A DNA stretch of 64,000 nt from an uncultured Pseudomonadales bacterium (GTDB lineage Bacteria; Patescibacteriota; Microgenomatia; UBA1400; PJMF01). The DNA is taken from the NCBI GenBank assembly GCA_964607285.1, contig CAZSJW010000007.1, forward strand, positions 3,079 to 67,078, in the 5' to 3' direction. A model generated the notes under the pieces. The model was not told where the DNA came from. It was given only the letters and a program-made list of their open reading frames with translations, and searched no databases. Below, piece after piece: positions 30,809-39,800 of this stretch (position 1 is the first letter of the stretch; every line of letters starts with the position of its first letter). The translations under genes and the position numbers were made by a program.

Positions 30809-31936
30809 CTACACTACTTTGGAAACAAAACTCAGTAAATTCTCTTGGAACTTTTCCTTGCTAAACTGCTTGGCGTGGCGGTGGATAGTGGCTGCTTGCA
30901 GATCCATCTTATCCAGCCGCTTCACAGCTTCAAGAATATCCTCAACACTAAGCTTGCTGAAAAAAATACCAGTTATACCTTCTATAACTGACTCCAGTGG
31001 TCCTCCTGACTTGTGTGCAATAACTGGTACGCCATGACCCATAGCTTCAACAGGCACAATACCAAAATCTTCATCTTCAGCTGGAAAAAACAGAGCTATT
31101 GCACCACTGTATAGCTTTGAGAGTTCTGCATCCGTAACCTCACCTAAAAACTCTATGGTTGGGCCAGCAATTTGTTTCAGGTATGCCAAACCCTTGCCCG
31201 ACCCCACAACTTTAAGTGGCAATCCAAGGGCGTTGGCGGCTGCAATGGCTAAATCCACATGTTTGCTTTGCGCAATGCGCCCAACGGAAAGATAGTAAGT
31301 ACGTTTGGAAAGTGGTGTCTTTGGAGCCAGTTCTGGAACATTGACGGGCGGATACAACACAGTTGCTTCACGTCTATAAAATTTTTGAATTCTTCTCTTT
31401 GTTTCAACAGAGTTTGCAATGAAGTGGTCAACTTCCTGTGCAATGTACCAGTCACGAACACGTAAGTAGTGATTTATCACAGAGCCTAATACTCGGGTAA
31501 TAGGATTACGTTTCCAGTCAGTCATTGTTGTATACCCATAGAGCGATCTAGCAGGTGTGTGGCAGTAACAAACATGCACTCCATTTGGCACATGAACGGC
31601 CTTAGAAAAATAGGCATTACTCGATGAGATCACCAGATCATACTCAGATAAATCAAAACGAGAAAAGTATTCAGGCGCCCACACCCGCAATGGTGAAAAC
31701 AATTTTCTATACAATGGCAACCGAGTAAGCCAACTCTCACGCAAATCCCAGTTAGCAAATCGCTGCCAATGCCCTCCTGCCACCACTGGATCAGAAAACG
31801 CTATGTACACAGGAGCTTCTGGAAAGAGCTCATGTATCGCTTCCAAAACACGCTCTGCACCACCATACTCGCGCAAGTAGTCATGCGCCAATGCAATCTT
31901 GAGTTTTTTGAGCTTCTTTGGAATTGTAATTGCCAT
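30809..31936 (-). CDS. GT4-family glycosyltransferase
   Basis: C-terminal EX7E motif EDFGIVPVEAMGHGVPVIA and a GT-B fold pattern. Confidence 0.8.
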   Translation of the reverse strand: MAITIPKKLKKLKIALAHDYLREYGGAERVLEAIHELFPEAPVYIAFSDPVVAGGHWQRFANWDLRESWLTRLPLYRKLFSPLRVWAPEYFSRFDLSEYDLVISSSNAYFSKAVHVPNGVHVCYCHTPARSLYGYTTMTDWKRNPITRVLGSVINHYLRVRDWYIAQEVDHFIANSVETKRRIQKFYRREATVLYPPVNVPELAPKTPLSKRTYYLSVGRIAQSKHVDLAIAAANALGLPLKVVGSGKGLAYLKQIAGPTIEFLGEVTDAELSKLYSGAIALFFPAEDEDFGIVPVEAMGHGVPVIAHKSGGPLESVIEGITGIFFSKLSVEDILEAVKRLDKMDLQAATIHRHAKQFSKEKFQENLLSFVSKVV

Positions 31937-31944
31937 AATTTGGA

Positions 31945-32928
31945 TTAAAAAAGTGCTTCTTGAACGGACAACTCAAACTGGTCTTTTGGTAACAATGAAA
32001 TAAGAGATCTAAACTCTAGTTCCTCAAATCGCTCTGCTACTACAGCCTTATCATATGACCTCAGCAGGCAGTCGTCCAGAGTAAACTCGATAGGCACATC
32101 CCTCTGAATTCGTGCTAAGTTTTGGCTCAAGTATGCTTGTGTTTTTTCTGCCAACAGTTTCTGGGTTAGGGCAGGTTTAAACAGAGAAGCATGCTTGTTT
32201 CGTTTGGATTCATCTTCCACTACCTCGTAGACACCGTCCAGTGAACCAAAAGTAGCTATCAGGTTCACCGCAGTTTTCTGACCCACTCCCTTGACACCAG
32301 GAATATTGTCTGATGCATCACCCATTAAAGCTTTAAGATCAACAATTTGATTGGGGAAAACACCCATTTTTTTCAATACACCCTCCGAATCGTACTCTAT
32401 ATCGTGTGTTTGCACCCCTTTACGAACAGCCCGCGCTGGGATCCACACTGTAACTTGGGGGTCTACTAACTGAAATAAGTCTTTATCTCCCGTGATCACC
32501 GTGGACAAAATGTCTAGTCTGTCATGTAACTGCTGAGTAATAGTACCGATGAGATCATCAGCTTCATACCCCTCAAGGGAAAACTGTGGGATGTTTAATG
32601 TAGTAACCAAATCTTTAATAATCTGAATTTGTGGTTTGAGATCATCGGGCATTTCTGGTCTGTGCGCTTTGTACTCTGCATACGCTTGAGCTCGCTGCGT
32701 CGGACCTTTATGATCAAACGTCACTACACAATACTCTGGGCGGAAATCGGACAAAACAGTCAGCAATATTCTGGTAAATCCATATACAGCATTTACCAAA
32801 GTGCCATCGGCAGCTGTCAAACCAGGAAAAGCATGATAGGCACGGTAAATAAGCGCATGTCCATCAATGAGGAGTAGTCTTTTGCGATCTGCAGTTTCTA
32901 GATAGTGTTCTGTAAGTGTCTCAGGCAT
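31945..32928 (-). CDS. stand-alone 5'-3' exonuclease (Pol I N-terminal/FEN-like domain)
   Basis: LLLIDGHALIYRAYHA, GYEADDLIGT and ITGDKDLFQLV motifs, plus the H3TH motif ASDNIPGVKGVGQKTA. Confidence 0.85.
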   Translation of the reverse strand: MPETLTEHYLETADRKRLLLIDGHALIYRAYHAFPGLTAADGTLVNAVYGFTRILLTVLSDFRPEYCVVTFDHKGPTQRAQAYAEYKAHRPEMPDDLKPQIQIIKDLVTTLNIPQFSLEGYEADDLIGTITQQLHDRLDILSTVITGDKDLFQLVDPQVTVWIPARAVRKGVQTHDIEYDSEGVLKKMGVFPNQIVDLKALMGDASDNIPGVKGVGQKTAVNLIATFGSLDGVYEVVEDESKRNKHASLFKPALTQKLLAEKTQAYLSQNLARIQRDVPIEFTLDDCLLRSYDKAVVAERFEELEFRSLISLLPKDQFELSVQEALF

Positions 32929-32948
32929 GCACGATCTGGTGAAAATCC

Positions 32949-34865
32949 CTAGACAGATGCTGTTTCAATTTCAGCAATCTTTGCTTTTGGGATACCCATT
33001 AGTGTAGCAAACTCGTCACCATCAAGCGACTCGATTTCAAGCAAGCGTTCCGAAACAACTTCTAATTGCTTGCGATGTTTTATCAAAATTGCCATGGCAC
33101 GAATCTCTCCTTCAGCAATAATCTCGCGAATCTCTTTATCTACTTGCTCTTGCAATGGATCAGAAATTTTGTGGGGTTCACCGTAAGATTTTGAGTAGTT
33201 CATGTTCTCATACTGTGGCCCAAAGTACATAGGTCCCAATTTGCTCATGCCATACTCAATCACCATTGCTCGTGCAAGCCGTGTGGCTCGATCAATATCG
33301 CTACTAGCACCCGCCGTCAGTTCATTAAACACCAACCGTTCAGCGGCACGACCACCCAACAAAACAGCAATCTCATCTAAAATTTCTGATTTAGTAGTTT
33401 GCAGCTTGTCACGCTCAGGCGGAGTTAGTGTAAATCCAAGTGCTCGCCCTCGTGACACAATAGAGATACGATGCACTGGATCTGCTTGAGGAGAAATATG
33501 TGCTATCACTGCATGACCAGCTTCGTGGTAGGCAGTCATCTTACGTTCAAGCTTGTCCTGGAGTCTTTTCTTACTTGGACCAAGTTTCACTTTAAGTGAA
33601 GCTTCTTCTACATCTTCCATAGTTACCGCATCACGGCTTTCTCGGGCTACAGAAATAGCTGCCTCGTTCAACATATTCTCAATATCTGCACCTGAAAATC
33701 CGACCGTTCTCTTGGCAACTCGATCCCAATCAAAGTTTTTAGCAAACGGCTTGCCTTTTGCATGAATTGAAATGATGTATTTTCGCTCTTCTAAATCAGG
33801 CAAGTTAACCATAACCCGCCTATCAAACCGACCTGGTCGAACCAAAGCAGGATCGAGCATATCGCCTCGATTTGTAGCTGCCATAACGATAACATTGTCA
33901 TTCTGTGTAAAGCCATCCATCTCAACCAAAATCTGGTTGAGTGTCTGTTCACGTTCATCATGACCACCCATGCTTCCAAATCCCCGCATACGACCAATGG
34001 CATCAATTTCATCAATAAATATAATTGAAGGTGCAAGTTTTTTTGCTGTCGTAAATAAATCGCGAACCCGTGACGCACCCACACCAACTAGCATTTCCAT
34101 AAACTCGCTTCCAGCAATTGAAAGAAACTGCACATTAGCTTCGCCAGCAACTGCTCGAGCCAAAAGCGTCTTACCCGTTCCAGCAGGGCCGACTAGCAGT
34201 ACACCTTTTGGAGTACGAGCACCCACCTTTGAGTACTTTTTCGGATTGCGAAGAAAATCAACTACTTCTTCGAGCTCTTTTTTAGCTTCGTCCATCCCTC
34301 CAACTGCATCAAATTTGGTATTCTGCTTACCTTTTACAAATAGCTTAGCCTTACTTCGGCCAATACCCATGATGCCATCTTGCGCGCCTCTTGCTTGACG
34401 AAAAATGAAAAAGAAGAAAACTAGCATCAAAATAATCGGAACAATGTTGATAGCAAGTTCCCAAAGTAGTCTGCCTGTACTGACATTATTTACCTCGAGG
34501 TTGATCGCTGCTAAATCAATCCCTGCATTTTCCAAGACGGATAATGCTTCCTGCCCATCTTCTTTGCGAGCTACTCGCAAACTCCCATCTTGGTATTCAG
34601 CACGCAAATCATTTCCTGCAACCATTACTTTAGAAACTTTTTGGGATTGCACATCTCGAACCAACTCGCTAAGCCCAATCCGCTGTGTCGAAGAGTCACC
34701 AAAAAGTGAAAGTATAAAGGGTAGGAACAAAACTGCTAAGAAAATATATAAAATACTCTTATTCAACAAAGAATTTAAATTCAGCTGAAACTCAAACTCA
34801 CGGATACGCATCTTGCGTGGCTGCTCGGGAGTTTGGGTTGATTGTGGTTTTTTTTGATTTGCCAT
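32949..34865 (-). CDS. ftsH: ATP-dependent zinc metalloprotease FtsH
   Basis: N-terminal TM segments, AAA module ([26 protein letters not shown]) and zinc motif HEAGHAV. Confidence 0.95.
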   Translation of the reverse strand: MANQKKPQSTQTPEQPRKMRIREFEFQLNLNSLLNKSILYIFLAVLFLPFILSLFGDSSTQRIGLSELVRDVQSQKVSKVMVAGNDLRAEYQDGSLRVARKEDGQEALSVLENAGIDLAAINLEVNNVSTGRLLWELAINIVPIILMLVFFFFIFRQARGAQDGIMGIGRSKAKLFVKGKQNTKFDAVGGMDEAKKELEEVVDFLRNPKKYSKVGARTPKGVLLVGPAGTGKTLLARAVAGEANVQFLSIAGSEFMEMLVGVGASRVRDLFTTAKKLAPSIIFIDEIDAIGRMRGFGSMGGHDEREQTLNQILVEMDGFTQNDNVIVMAATNRGDMLDPALVRPGRFDRRVMVNLPDLEERKYIISIHAKGKPFAKNFDWDRVAKRTVGFSGADIENMLNEAAISVARESRDAVTMEDVEEASLKVKLGPSKKRLQDKLERKMTAYHEAGHAVIAHISPQADPVHRISIVSRGRALGFTLTPPERDKLQTTKSEILDEIAVLLGGRAAERLVFNELTAGASSDIDRATRLARAMVIEYGMSKLGPMYFGPQYENMNYSKSYGEPHKISDPLQEQVDKEIREIIAEGEIRAMAILIKHRKQLEVVSERLLEIESLDGDEFATLMGIPKAKIAEIETASV

Positions 34866-34959
34866 AATGGTTGTAACCTTTTACACAGTTCGTGTATCGG
34901 AGGATCTATTGTACCAAACTATACCAAAATACAGCGAACAAAATAGTACTTTACTACAC

Positions 34960-35325
34960 TTACCGTAGGGGAGTTCCAGGATCTGCTGATTGGTCTGGAT
35001 GCAGTAGAATGGCTTCAACCTCTCCTGCAGCGATCAACATACCTTGACTTTCTACTCCACGAATGATCCGAGGTGCCAAATTAGCCAAGTACGGAACAGT
35101 TTTTCCAATCAGTTGCTCGGGACTGTACCATTGTCTCAATCCCGCTGCCACAGTACGCTCACCAAGTTCCCCCACGTCCAAAGTGATTTTAAGCAATTTG
35201 TCTGCACCGTCAACCAGCTCTGCTGCAATAACTTTCGCTAAGCGAATATCCAGTTTTGCAAAGTCATCATAGCTTATGACAGGCTTTTGATCTGAAGGGG
35301 TAATTTCTGGAAGTGCGTCTGTCAT
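34960..35325 (-). CDS. tRNA-binding domain protein (CsaA/Trbp111/EMAP-II-like)
   Basis: DIRLAKVIAAELVDGADKLLKITLDVGE...RGVESQGMLIAAGE resembles the OB-fold tRNA-binding domain found at the C-terminus of MetRS. Confidence 0.8.
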   Translation of the reverse strand: MTDALPEITPSDQKPVISYDDFAKLDIRLAKVIAAELVDGADKLLKITLDVGELGERTVAAGLRQWYSPEQLIGKTVPYLANLAPRIIRGVESQGMLIAAGEVEAILLHPDQSADPGTPLR

Positions 35326-35327
35326 AG

Positions 35328-36320
35328 TTATCCTAAACCCATACTTGTTCGTACTGTACTCATAGTCTGCCTGGCAAGCATGCCTGCTCTTTTGGCACCA
35401 TCTCTGATAACGTCATCAACATATCCCACATCTATTGCCAATTGCCTTCTCTGGTCTTGTATTGGCTGTAACTGCTCGATAATTGCTAGAGCTAACTCTC
35501 TCTTGAGATCACCATACCTGAGTCCCGACTTTGTGTACTGCTGTACATACTCTTCTCGTTTCTCTTTGCCTTGAAAGAGTTCCACAAATCGTAGTAAATT
35601 CGCAACTCCACCCTCTGTAGGAAACACAGATCCTTTTCCAGAGTCAGTTGGGGCACTAGCCAGACGTTGTTTGATTGTATCCAGGTCATCTGTAAGTGTG
35701 ATGAAACTACCCTCCACCGACTTGCTCATTTTGCCACTCCCCTGTAAAGATGGAATGTACTCGCCAGCTGTGGCAAACCGTTTTGGCTCGGGAAAGTGAG
35801 ACCCGTACTCTGTATTAAATTTTCGAGCAATTTCTCGGGCGATCTCAAGATGGGGTTCTTGATCCAATCCTACAGGTACCAACTCAGCTTGATATAACAA
35901 GATATCTGCTGCCATAAGTAATGGATAATTGAGCAGTGCCATTGTGGCAGCATCTGGATACTGTTTCACTTTTTCTTTGAAAGTGGGGAGATGATGCATG
36001 CGCGCTATCGACATCACAGAAGAGAAATAAAACATTAGTTCAAAATGATCTGATACATCGGACTGCATAAATAAAATACTCTGGTTTGGATCTAAGCCAC
36101 AAGCTAAATAGTCCAGAATGACCTCACGCCTATTCACACGTAATTCTTCGATCGAGTACGGAGTAGTTAATGCGTGTGCATCTGCAACCATGTACAGTGG
36201 CTCGTATGTTGTGTCTGCCTGTAAAGCCAACATACCTTTGACGGCACCAAAATAATTACCAAGGTGCAGACGACCAGTAGCACGAATACCAGAGAGGACA
36301 CGACGAGTTGTTTGTGGCAT
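35328..36320 (-). CDS. trpS: tryptophanyl-tRNA synthetase
   Basis: HIGH-type motif RLHLGNYFGA and KMSKS. 330 aa class I synthetase. Confidence 0.9.
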   Translation of the reverse strand: MPQTTRRVLSGIRATGRLHLGNYFGAVKGMLALQADTTYEPLYMVADAHALTTPYSIEELRVNRREVILDYLACGLDPNQSILFMQSDVSDHFELMFYFSSVMSIARMHHLPTFKEKVKQYPDAATMALLNYPLLMAADILLYQAELVPVGLDQEPHLEIAREIARKFNTEYGSHFPEPKRFATAGEYIPSLQGSGKMSKSVEGSFITLTDDLDTIKQRLASAPTDSGKGSVFPTEGGVANLLRFVELFQGKEKREEYVQQYTKSGLRYGDLKRELALAIIEQLQPIQDQRRQLAIDVGYVDDVIRDGAKRAGMLARQTMSTVRTSMGLG

Positions 36321-36348
36321 ACTCTCGGATCTTACAGGAGAAACGCCT

Positions 36349-36696
36349 TTAGCTCAAGAGCTGTACGGCAGTGGTGGAGGCACCAACAGTATTGATAAGC
36401 AAAGCACCAGCACTCATAAGTTTAGCATTTGCAAATTGATCAGCACCCTCAGCAGGTGATTCTTTAGAAAGCACAACTAAGGTACTTAGCGCTGATGCGC
36501 AATCCAATAAAAAGTAAAACATTGCCTGAATACAAATGAGATTATAGAAAGTAGTTTCATTACTACTATCTACAGCCAAGTTTCTGAGCAGAACAGCAAC
36601 AAAAACGTGAAGAATGGAAGCAAGAAAAATCAGCTCAGCAGCTTTTTGCGCAGCATTTGATGGGGTTCTATCACTATCAAAGTCAGGTGAATACAT
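36349..36696 (-). CDS. small hypothetical membrane protein
   Basis: 115 aa with three hydrophobic segments. Confidence 0.35.
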   Translation of the reverse strand: MYSPDFDSDRTPSNAAQKAAELIFLASILHVFVAVLLRNLAVDSSNETTFYNLICIQAMFYFLLDCASALSTLVVLSKESPAEGADQFANAKLMSAGALLINTVGASTTAVQLLS

Positions 36697-36725
36697 TTTA
36701 ACCCTTCGTGCGAAGATACTGTGCT

Positions 36726-37592
36726 TTACAACTCTTCAATTTGAATTGTTGGAGCCATCTCAGGTGCGTCTATAAGTTTAAGATATTTTTCTGTAGTTGT
36801 AATCCGCTTGTGACCAACTAATTGTGAAACATACACTAGTGGTGTCCCTGCACGGAGTTGCTCAACAATGAAGGTGTGTCGCAAATCATTAACCTTTGCA
36901 TCACGGATGCCCGCTAAACGGAAGTAGCGATCTATAGCTGTGCGAATGTTGCGAACTAAGAATGGTCTACATGTCTTAGTCAGGAATATCACTTTTTCTC
37001 TGGCTCTTGGGCGAACCGTGAGGTATTCCTGAAGTGAGTTTTTTGCCGCCAGGTTCATGGGCACTTTTCGTGTACCTCGAGAATTTTGTGGTTGAATGGT
37101 GATAATGTTGCGATCGAAATCAATATCTGAAAGTTCTAGGGCTGCTAGCTCACTGATTCTCATGCCTGTTTGAAGCAACAACTCAACAACAGCAGACATG
37201 CGAACGTCACCACGACAAGCATCTCTAAGTGCTCGATACTCTAGTTTGGATAATACTCGAGGAGGAGATTTATCAAACTTAGGATGCAGGATTTCATCAG
37301 CAGGATTACTGGCAATCAAGCTTTGGCTCATCAAGAAACGAAAGAAAGCTTTTATGGAGTTAATCTTGCGAGAGATTGATTTGCCTGTGTATCGCTGCTT
37401 TTTCAATAACTCTTTAAACTCGTCGATGTCATCAGACTGGACTTCATCTACTAGTGTTTTGCCTTTTTTGCCAACATGCTCGACTAACTGCTCAATATCT
37501 TTGCTATAGGCAATAACAGTTGCGTTTGCTTTACCAGCTGCTTTGAGATTGTCGGTAAACAGCACGTGGGCATCTGATAATACGGTACTCAT
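36726..37592 (-). CDS. tyrosine site-specific recombinase (XerC/XerD-like)
   Basis: N-terminal SAM-like core-binding domain. Catalytic residues in order: R (MRISELAAL), HTF (DLRHTF), GHKRITTTEKY. Confidence 0.8.
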   Translation of the reverse strand: MSTVLSDAHVLFTDNLKAAGKANATVIAYSKDIEQLVEHVGKKGKTLVDEVQSDDIDEFKELLKKQRYTGKSISRKINSIKAFFRFLMSQSLIASNPADEILHPKFDKSPPRVLSKLEYRALRDACRGDVRMSAVVELLLQTGMRISELAALELSDIDFDRNIITIQPQNSRGTRKVPMNLAAKNSLQEYLTVRPRAREKVIFLTKTCRPFLVRNIRTAIDRYFRLAGIRDAKVNDLRHTFIVEQLRAGTPLVYVSQLVGHKRITTTEKYLKLIDAPEMAPTIQIEEL

Positions 37593-37705
37593 ACAATTCT
37601 TTCAGTAGGCAGGTAATACGATATACTGGTTCTTGTTGTGTAATGTGCGTGAGCAATATTTTCACTGACTCTCAGCACTTTCCTCAAGTCTTATAATAAC
37701 ACAAC

Positions 37706-38077
37706 TTGGGATTTAATGCAATGCGTAGCTTACTGTTTCATCCTATTACAGTAGTGGTAATAACAATTTTAGCACTGCTCTATTTTTTTTCTCTACGGTC
37801 TACAAATCAACGAGCATCGGAGCCAAGTCAGACAGTCAACGAATTAAAACAGGAAGTGTCCAATTTGGCAAGTGAAGTTTCTGAGTTGGAAAAACGTGTA
37901 GCGACCTCACAAACGGAGTTCGCTCGAGAAAAAATCATTAGAGATCAGCTCCTGATGCAAAAACCAGGTGAATATGTCATTCAAGTAGGAGAAAATGTGA
38001 ATACAGCAGAAGAAATTGCTAAACCATCACCAACTCCCACTGTCTGGGAGGAATGGAAAAAGCTGCTATTCAATTGA
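37706..38077 (+). CDS. FtsB/DivIC-like septum-formation protein (TM helix plus coiled coil)
   Basis: TM segment ITVVVITILALLYFF followed by the heptad-like stretch VNELKQEVSNLASEVSELEKRV. Confidence 0.5.
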   Translation: MGFNAMRSLLFHPITVVVITILALLYFFSLRSTNQRASEPSQTVNELKQEVSNLASEVSELEKRVATSQTEFAREKIIRDQLLMQKPGEYVIQVGENVNTAEEIAKPSPTPTVWEEWKKLLFN

Positions 38078-38139
38078 TACTGTTTGAGCAGTATTCCAAG
38101 GTACTACAACTCAAGAACAGAGATAAGCTAAAACTGCGT

Positions 38140-38400
38140 TCAGCTGCTCCTCAGATTGCCTCCACTCGGAACTTTGTTAAATTGTAGCTGCCACATATTT
38201 TCAGCTGAGCGTGCAAACCAAACGTTAAATGCGGTACCACTACTTGGGTTGCCCATCATCACATACATATTTTGAAAAGGATCGAAAAACTTACTATATG
38301 GAATCTCAGAAATAGCTGCACCACTAAATGGCGTACCACTAATCATTGCTGTCAAAACTTGAGTTAACTGATCTGCGGTAAGTGCTCTGTCTCCATACAT
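38140..38400 (-). CDS. hypothetical protein (same frame as the 34-codon ORF 38431..38535, separated by one TAA)
   Basis: 86-aa ORF. The upstream small ORF is in the same frame, with a TAA at about 38431..38433. Confidence 0.3.
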   Translation of the reverse strand: MYGDRALTADQLTQVLTAMISGTPFSGAAISEIPYSKFFDPFQNMYVMMGNPSSGTAFNVWFARSAENMWQLQFNKVPSGGNLRSS

Positions 38401-38650
38401 TGCTGCAACATTTGAAAGCAGCTCTTTGCCTTAAGTAATCACCTGTGCATCGATTTTTTCAGGTGTAGGAGAAACATCCTCAAGCACCTGAAGTGCGTCT
38501 ACAAGGCCTCTTTTTGTTTCTTTTTCATCCATCATAACTACTCCTTATCTTTTGGGCACTCGTCTCAGTACCACTTCACCCAGAAGTATAGCATATGCTG
38601 TATATTGGAAACATTAAACCAACATCTTTATTAAAGTTATTATTGATGCT

Positions 38651-39010
38651 ATGAATCTAAAAATTGGTGATCCTGTTCAATTTCGTTCTGGTGTTTATAT
38701 TATTACAAAGGTCACACCAATTATTAATGATCAGCCTGTTAGTTGGACCATCGAGGGCAAACTATATTGTTATGTCAGTAAATATCCAAATTCATATGAG
38801 GATGAACCAAAAGAAATTGTAGTGGATGCGACAAAGCTGACAATCTTCAAATACTCACTTCCTCGATTTACCATTGGCGAAAGAGTGACTTTAGACGGAC
38901 ATCTTCGAGATTTAATTCGTGCCAGCTTATACTGCACTTCTGAGTATAAGCACTTTTACATCCTGGAGAATACTCCAGGCTACTTTGAAGATACAAGTAT
39001 TAGTAGATAG
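38651..39010 (+). CDS. hypothetical protein
   Basis: 119-aa ORF followed by an intrinsic terminator. Confidence 0.4.
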   Translation: MNLKIGDPVQFRSGVYIITKVTPIINDQPVSWTIEGKLYCYVSKYPNSYEDEPKEIVVDATKLTIFKYSLPRFTIGERVTLDGHLRDLIRASLYCTSEYKHFYILENTPGYFEDTSISR

Positions 39011-39029
39011 CACAATAATTTATCTTTAA

Positions 39030-39056
39030 AAAAAGACCCAGTTAAGGGTCTTTTTA
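39030..39056 (+). terminator. intrinsic terminator
   Basis: AAAAAGACCC-agttaa-GGGTCTTTTT. Confidence 0.65.
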
Positions 39057-39061
39057 CAGTG

Positions 39062-39130
39062 TTGCGGAGCCGGGAGTCGAACCCGGCCTGTGAGATTATG
39101 AGCCTCACGTGCACCGTACACTACCCCGCG
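39062..39130 (-). tRNA. tRNA with CAT anticodon, probably initiator tRNA-fMet (C1-A72 mismatch), short D-arm
   Basis: Manual fold of the minus strand: CGCGGGG-TA-D arm-TGAGG-CTCATAA-TCTCA-CAGG-CCGGG-TTCGACT-CCCGG-CTCCGCA-A. The 5' and 3' ends match the E. coli initiator tRNA pattern. Only 69 nt, so the D-loop assignment is uncertain. Confidence 0.55.
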
Positions 39131-39209
39131 CGATAAGATGTGTAGTATAACGCACTTGAGACTGATGCACCACCCCCTGTAATTCCCGGTCAGTTTTTCA
39201 GTCGGTCTT

Positions 39210-39218
39210 TGATATAAT
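39210..39218 (+). promoter_or_regulatory. extended -10 promoter element (TGaTATAAT) for the plus-strand tRNA gene
   Basis: TGATATAAT lies about 22 nt upstream of the tRNA 5' end. No good -35 hexamer is present. Confidence 0.4.
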
Positions 39219-39240
39219 CCATCCTGTTGCAATGCAACGC

Positions 39241-39314
39241 GCCAGGGTAGCTCAGTTGGTTAGAGCATGGGATTCATAAACCCAAGGTCGAGAGTTCGAA
39301 TCTCTCCCCTGGTA
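39241..39314 (+). tRNA. tRNA with CAT anticodon (elongator tRNA-Met or lysidine-modified tRNA-Ile2)
   Basis: GCCAGGG-TA-GCTC-AGTTGGTTA-GAGC-A-TGGGA-TTCATAA-ACCCA-AGGTC-GAGAG-TTCGAAT-CTCTC-CCCTGGT-A. Canonical cloverleaf with G1-U72; CCA is not encoded. Confidence 0.8.
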
Positions 39315-39320
39315 CAAATA

Positions 39321-39800
39321 TTAAACAGTTCGCTCCAAACTCACATCGATCTCCACAAAACCTTGCTGCTTATAAAACTTGATTGCGCCCAGGTTTGCCC
39401 AATAGGAATTTACGAACAATTTTTGATACCCATTTTGCACAGCCCACTCTCTACAGACCTCAACTAACTGCGCGCCAACACCTTGCGATCTAAACTCTGG
39501 CATAACGCCCATATTGTCAATTTCTAGGTATTTTGATCTGCGATAGTCGATTGGCTTGTGGCTGGCTGCTAGGTACCCAACAGGTTTGTTCTCTTCACTC
39601 ATTGCCAAGAAGCAAACAGCACTAGGATCAACAACTAGATTGCGGTAATACGCCTCCCCAGCCGGTGACTGCGCCCAATCTACCAGCATGTCAGGATCGT
39701 ACTGCGCATTATCAGTTATCACTTGGTCATTGAGTGCCTGTACTGCCTGCCATTCATCAGACCGGGCTTGGCGAATTGTTATCATGGGGATAGTATACAA
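39321..39800 (-). CDS. GNAT-family N-acetyltransferase
   Basis: Acetyl-CoA binding motif RSQGVGAQLV (Q/R-x-x-G-x-G/A) and typical GNAT length. Its start abuts the stop of the upstream giant ORF (39800/39801). Confidence 0.8.
   Translation of the reverse strand: MYTIPMITIRQARSDEWQAVQALNDQVITDNAQYDPDMLVDWAQSPAGEAYYRNLVVDPSAVCFLAMSEENKPVGYLAASHKPIDYRRSKYLEIDNMGVMPEFRSQGVGAQLVEVCREWAVQNGYQKLFVNSYWANLGAIKFYKQQGFVEIDVSLERTV

Noticed and set aside
38431-38433. In-frame TAA as evidence of an alternative genetic code
   Set aside because: All conserved genes (dnaK, groEL, ftsH, pnp and others) read through without internal stops under code 11. A single case is better explained by a pseudogene or by two small ORFs.
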